In this document: piece after piece, positions 61,001 through 64,000 of the stretch | Layout: each line of letters opens with the position of its first letter | Position numbering within the stretch: position 1 is the first letter of the stretch | NCBI GenBank assembly: GCA_051362555.1 | Contig: CM120645.1 | Coordinates: 14,508,001-14,572,000, forward strand | Length of the DNA stretch: 64,000 nt | Reading direction: 5' to 3' | Source: Lingula anatina | Taxonomy: Eukaryota; Animalia; Brachiopoda | Made by a program: the position numbers and the translations under genes | Notes under the pieces: model-generated | What the model saw: the letters and a program-made list of their open reading frames with translations, nothing else | Told to the model about the DNA's origin: nothing | Databases searched by the model: none

Positions 61001-64000
61001 AATCTTTTTCATCAGCTGAAAATGCTCTTTAAAATTTACACTTCATAAAAACATGAACCTACCAATGTACATAACCATGCACATATGCAGTTGCTTTAAA
61101 ACTTAAAAAGGAGGTAAACAGTAGCCTCGAACTTCTCTCTTTGCCATCAATGAGCTTGCATCAAAGATCTCTCTAAGAATTATAAGTCACCCTTGATTGA
61201 TTTTATTCTTTTACTTGATCTACAAAAAAAACCTGTTATTCAGTGCAAATTGCTAACTTACCCTTGGTTGTGAAGACACAATAACAGCACCAAATACATC
61301 AGCAATGTTGCTACTGACATAGTAGTACACACCAGGCTCTTTAAACTGGTAAACATAAGCAGATGGGCAGTCGCGGGCATGTCCACTACAGAAGCCCCCC
61401 TTCAGAGGCTGACCAGTGTGGGTCACTTGGATGATGTTGTGTTGCTTTTTGCCTGTCTGCCACACCCACCAGACGCGGTCAAATGGGTGGACCGTCAGGA
61501 CCATTTTGTCAAATTTGTTGTCTAAGACTTGAATTGTGTGATTCTAAAAAAAAGACAAATGGCACAATTATTTTATTCAAAGAAGTCTTTTTAATTTTTT
61601 TAATGAATTATTTATTAATTTTTGCATTTTTTTTTTACAATTATTAGAATTGGATTACTTTATACTTTCTACAGAGAAACAAGTGATCCAAAGGATTGAG
61701 AGATACATAGGGATAGGTAATGCAAAGGGATAAGGGTAAATAAGCGACAAGCAATATACAGGGATAACAGATACAAAGACAAACATATCAAATCAAACAA
61801 AGATAAATTCTATGTATGCACATGTCTCAACCAAACAAATATTATATTATCTTACCCTTGGTCCAGGATTGGTTACAACAGAAAACGTCTGCTCGCTATC
61901 AGAGATGCGGTAATGCTGTACACCTATGGAGTTGAGCTGTATTGTGTTTGTCTGCACAAAACTGCAAACCTTGGTGAACAAGTCATCTAGTTTCTTGCAT
62001 TTGTCTGGAAAATAATACACAGTGTTGAATGTCACAGAAATATTTGAAGAATATTGGGTGTAATATGAGCGATAATATATAGACTTTAAAAAATTATGCA
62101 ATTAAACTGTGTTTAGAGATGTTGATTTTCTAAATTAAATGACACAAAAGAACAAGTCAGATCCATTTCCTTTCCCTTTCTGCGAGTTTCATCAACTTAT
62201 TTCAAGGGTTGATGATTTTTTTCTACAAAATTCTACTTACTTTGGCAATCCAAATCATTCGGATGAGGCTCATTAGGTGGTGTAATACACTTCTCCAGCT
62301 CTACGATACTGAAAGGGTGCACCATGTCTGCCATCTGCCAGTGCCACCATATACGGTCACCAGTTCTTGTGATCAGTAGGTCTGAAGGTTTAGAACAAAC
62401 TCACTTTAATTCGATAAGGATGTATTTCTGTAGAAAGTAACACATATAGAAATACATGTAATATTTTGAACTTAATGCGTCCGTTTTTGAAAACAATAAT
62501 TTTCAATTATGACATTTTTTTATGTATTTAAATTAGAAAACATAATAAGAAATAAAATATTTTTCTTTTCATCCTTTTTTTTCTTGTCATCAATTGTATT
62601 CAACAGGAAGCAGCAAATTTTACGGAATTGTTTCATATTCTACAATAAAACCTTTACATGATATGATATCACCTTAAACAACTGTCTAACATGTAAAATC
62701 ATATCTGCATACCTGGGTAAAAACCATCAGGCGTGACCTCCACAAAGTGTTCCCTCTGTTTAGGTCTGACTATGATGGTGCCCACATACTCGGCAGCCAT
62801 CTCTGTATTTCTGTCAGAGAAGAAAAAAATCCCCGTCTCTGGGAACTCGCATGCCATTAACCCTGCCCTGCTGGGGTTGAGCCAGAAGAAACCGTCCTTA
62901 GCAGCCTGGAAAAAATAATAATACAGTTATCTAATGTATCATTCCAGTATCATTCATAAATGGTACTGGTTTGCAAACTATTGAGATCCTTCCAATAATG
63001 AGAGAGAAACAACTCTGGTCAAAACATGTTGCTGCTGCTGCTCACAATCTGTCCAAGGGCGAAGGACAATGATGATGATAATGATGATCTTATGTTTCTA
63101 TATGAAAAAATGGCACATATCTATTACATATCTGTTATACAGGCACCAAGGTAAAACAATACTATAGCACCCAACTAAATTATAACTGACATCAAAAAGG
63201 GAAGACAATGAGAATTGAAATTATTTTGTTTTGAAGATTATCATAATAAAAGTTGTTTCTTTTTCTCAACAGAAAAGAGAAATTCTGTAAATATATTATA
63301 CACATGCGTCCAAAGGCAACTTCCTAGTTAGAGCAGCACGCTAATCTAGGATAATAATTTTTCCATCCAATGACACACCTAAAATCCTTACAGCATCACT
63401 GATACGAAATTTAGCCTACAAAATATTTTGTTTTCAGTGTGCTTACTTTGTAATCTTCATCCGGTCTTTGGTCTATACTGGGCTCCTCTATCTGATAGGG
63501 AGCATGCAGTTTCTTGCACTTAAACTTGTCCCAGTGGAACCACACCCTGTCCCCCTCGTCGATCATCAAGATCATGGGGCTGAAGGTCCTGTCCAGGATT
63601 TCTACTTTGTGATCTCTGGAAATGTATGACATATTAAGTGAGTATTTAATAAGGTAATGTACAGATTTTAAGCCGAAACTGAAACTTTATCTTTGATATT
63701 GCTTGTATGTAATATAAACTATAAAATAATTGAAGTTTTTACTTTGAAAAAAAACGATCAGTTAGACCTAATAATAGATCTACATTAGAAAGGATTATTC
63801 ATGGGTGGTTGGTATAAAATGAGTAAGATAAAATACTTCAAGTTATACTTCATCAGCGATGAATGCTTGCTCATTTGGTCAATTTTTCTGTTTTAAGTAA
63901 TCAGCTTTTCAATGGTTAGGTCCTATGCAAAAATATATATATTGTGAATTTTCAATACTAAACTTACCTCTGTGATTGTTTGACATGTACAACACACAAG
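26265..64000 (-). CDS. Giant uncharacterised multidomain protein, 5'-incomplete: cupredoxin-like repeats + CHB_HEX_C/Fn3-associated domain + FN3 array + thioredoxin-like domain; about 3,500 aa in the window
   Basis: Phase-consistent chain of about 55 GT-AG exons: >64000-63968, 63615-63447, 62905-62713, 62381-62241, 62004-61856, 61543-61262, 60904-60723, 60487-60403, 60023-59910, 59696-59613, 58656-58497, 58183-58029, 57644-57538, 57237-57165, 56803-56678, 56216-56064, 55632-55468, 55080-54984, 54715-54548, 53549-53283, 52876-52811, 52329-51883, 50665-49920, 48668-48381, 46883-46705, 46309-46190, 45969-45828, 45358-45220, 44979-44766, 44527-44407, 44203-44006, 43667-43436, 43059-42916, 42557-42456, 42140-42045, (41671-41636), 40834-40652, 39596-38680, 38271-38160, 37834-37621, 37361-37086, 36730-36433, 36114-35936, 35646-35466, 34093-33920, 33523-33398, 33099-32945, 32635-32481, 32036-31900, 29548-29391, 28872-28599, 28311-28119, 27666-27538, 27229-27062, 26623-26265 (TAA). 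The continuity through the low-complexity exons at 48-54 kb is the least certain part. Confidence 0.85.
27062..28790 (-). other. Thioredoxin/TlpA-like (redoxin) domain of the giant gene
   Basis: Spliced translation PTAILFWTKWCLTSQRIMAHYVKFARENSKSYDFISVAC...DVASLYGVIGVPTLVIIHPEDYIAWQG matches the TlpA/ResA pattern FWaxWCxxC...a..ygv.gvPt.viid.eG.i, with CxxS in place of CxxC. Confidence 0.8.
29671..31546 (-). mobile_element. Non-autonomous Helentron (HINE/DINE-1-like element) with internal satellite array
   Basis: Subterminal inverted repeats TAGTACCACCAGC (29707-29719) and GCTGGTGGTACTA (31533-31545). Hairpin AGTACCGCCAGCGT-ac-ACGCTGGTGGTACT (31515-31544). Palindrome GAGGCG-atac-CGCCTC (29685-29700) next to a CTAGT end. 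GC-rich 18-bp short repeat at ~31424-31486 and a central tandem array. Confidence 0.85.
29870..30725. repeat. ~145-146 bp tandem repeat, about 6 copies, inside the HINE
   Basis: AGGTCAAAGGTCAATTT recurs at about 29890, 30035, 30181, 30325, 30470 and 30616. Confidence 0.93.
38585..38634. repeat. (TG)n microsatellite
   Basis: TG run with one interruption. Confidence 0.97.
40421..40500. repeat. (AAAT)n microsatellite
   Basis: Tetranucleotide run; shorter ones occur at 26670-26714 and 42850-42880. Confidence 0.95.
41209..41323. repeat. (TAATA)n pentanucleotide microsatellite
   Basis: About 22 perfect copies. Confidence 0.97.
55671..55986 (-). mobile_element. Degenerate relic related to the HINE at 29.7-31.5 kb
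   Basis: CCAGAGGGTTAGAGAGGAATAGACACCTCCTGGGTATGTACCACCAGCTGG resembles CTAGAGGATCAGAGAGGCGATACCGCCTCCCGATATAGTACCACCAGCTGG. A small hairpin TAGCTC-aaaa-GAGCTA lies at the other end; that boundary is uncertain. Confidence 0.5.
57410..57483. repeat. (CA)n microsatellite
   Basis: About 37 perfect CA units. Confidence 0.98.
57538..58183 (-). other. Chitobiase/beta-hexosaminidase C-terminal (CHB_HEX_C / Fn3-associated) domain of the giant gene
   Basis: DPPHITSGGEGGHIEKFHKLQLASNSASAKIYYTTDGTSP...LYNPEKGVSMKDAGLMFLRAVAVSDDMLPSEIYT contains the family signature IYYTtDGs.P and the lkAiA......S.v ending. Confidence 0.85.
57964..58020. repeat. (TTA)n microsatellite
   Basis: Trinucleotide run next to the 58029 donor; source of the poly-N and poly-Y ORFs. 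Confidence 0.97.
58497..64000 (-). other. At least five tandem cupredoxin(plastocyanin)-like domains of the giant gene
   Basis: Each ~95-110 aa unit shows V.v....F.P..l.i..GD.v.W.W.....Hni......f.sg......y...F...G.y.y.s......G.i.V, e.g. HTIQVLDNKFDKMVLTVHPFDRVWWVWQTGKKQHNIIQV...YVYQFKEPGVYYYVSSNIADVFGAVIV. Confidence 0.8.

Noticed and set aside
26265-64000. Naming the giant gene as titin, usherin, RIM-BP2, PKHD1L1 or a receptor phosphatase
   Set aside because: No Ig/kinase, laminin, SH3, IPT/G8, transmembrane or PTP domain is visible. Only generic FN3 or cupredoxin similarity exists, so no symbol was assigned.

Overview
AT-rich, intron-rich animal genomic DNA (GT-AG introns; gene content and repeat types suggest a marine invertebrate, probably a mollusc; this is inference). 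Five protein-coding genes were reconstructed by hand from splice sites and reading phase. (1) The 3' part of NCKIPSD/SPIN90 (+, 801-10298). (2) A complete DPM3 with four coding exons (-, 12665-13969). (3) An intronless, remodelled SQSTM1/p62 paralog (-, 16072-17331) with PB1 and UBA but no ZZ finger, downstream of a stress-type promoter. (4) The GDP-fucose transporter SLC35C1 (+, 18209-23085). (5) A giant gene I do not recognise (-, 26265 to beyond 64000; about 55 exons and about 3,500 codons in the window). It encodes tandem cupredoxin-like repeats without the canonical copper ligands, a CHB_HEX_C/Fn3-associated domain, a long FN3 array, a thioredoxin/TlpA-like domain with a WCxxS motif and an RPxSA tail. 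Introns hold several non-autonomous DNA transposons (Academ-like, Kolobok-like, three copies of a Harbinger-like MITE, a Helentron/HINE with a central satellite array), a 39-bp minisatellite at two sites, and microsatellites. No rRNA, tRNA or CRISPR array was seen. The two most interesting objects are the giant cupredoxin-FN3-thioredoxin protein and the p62 paralog, whose UBA naturally has Arg at the positions of human M404 and G425.
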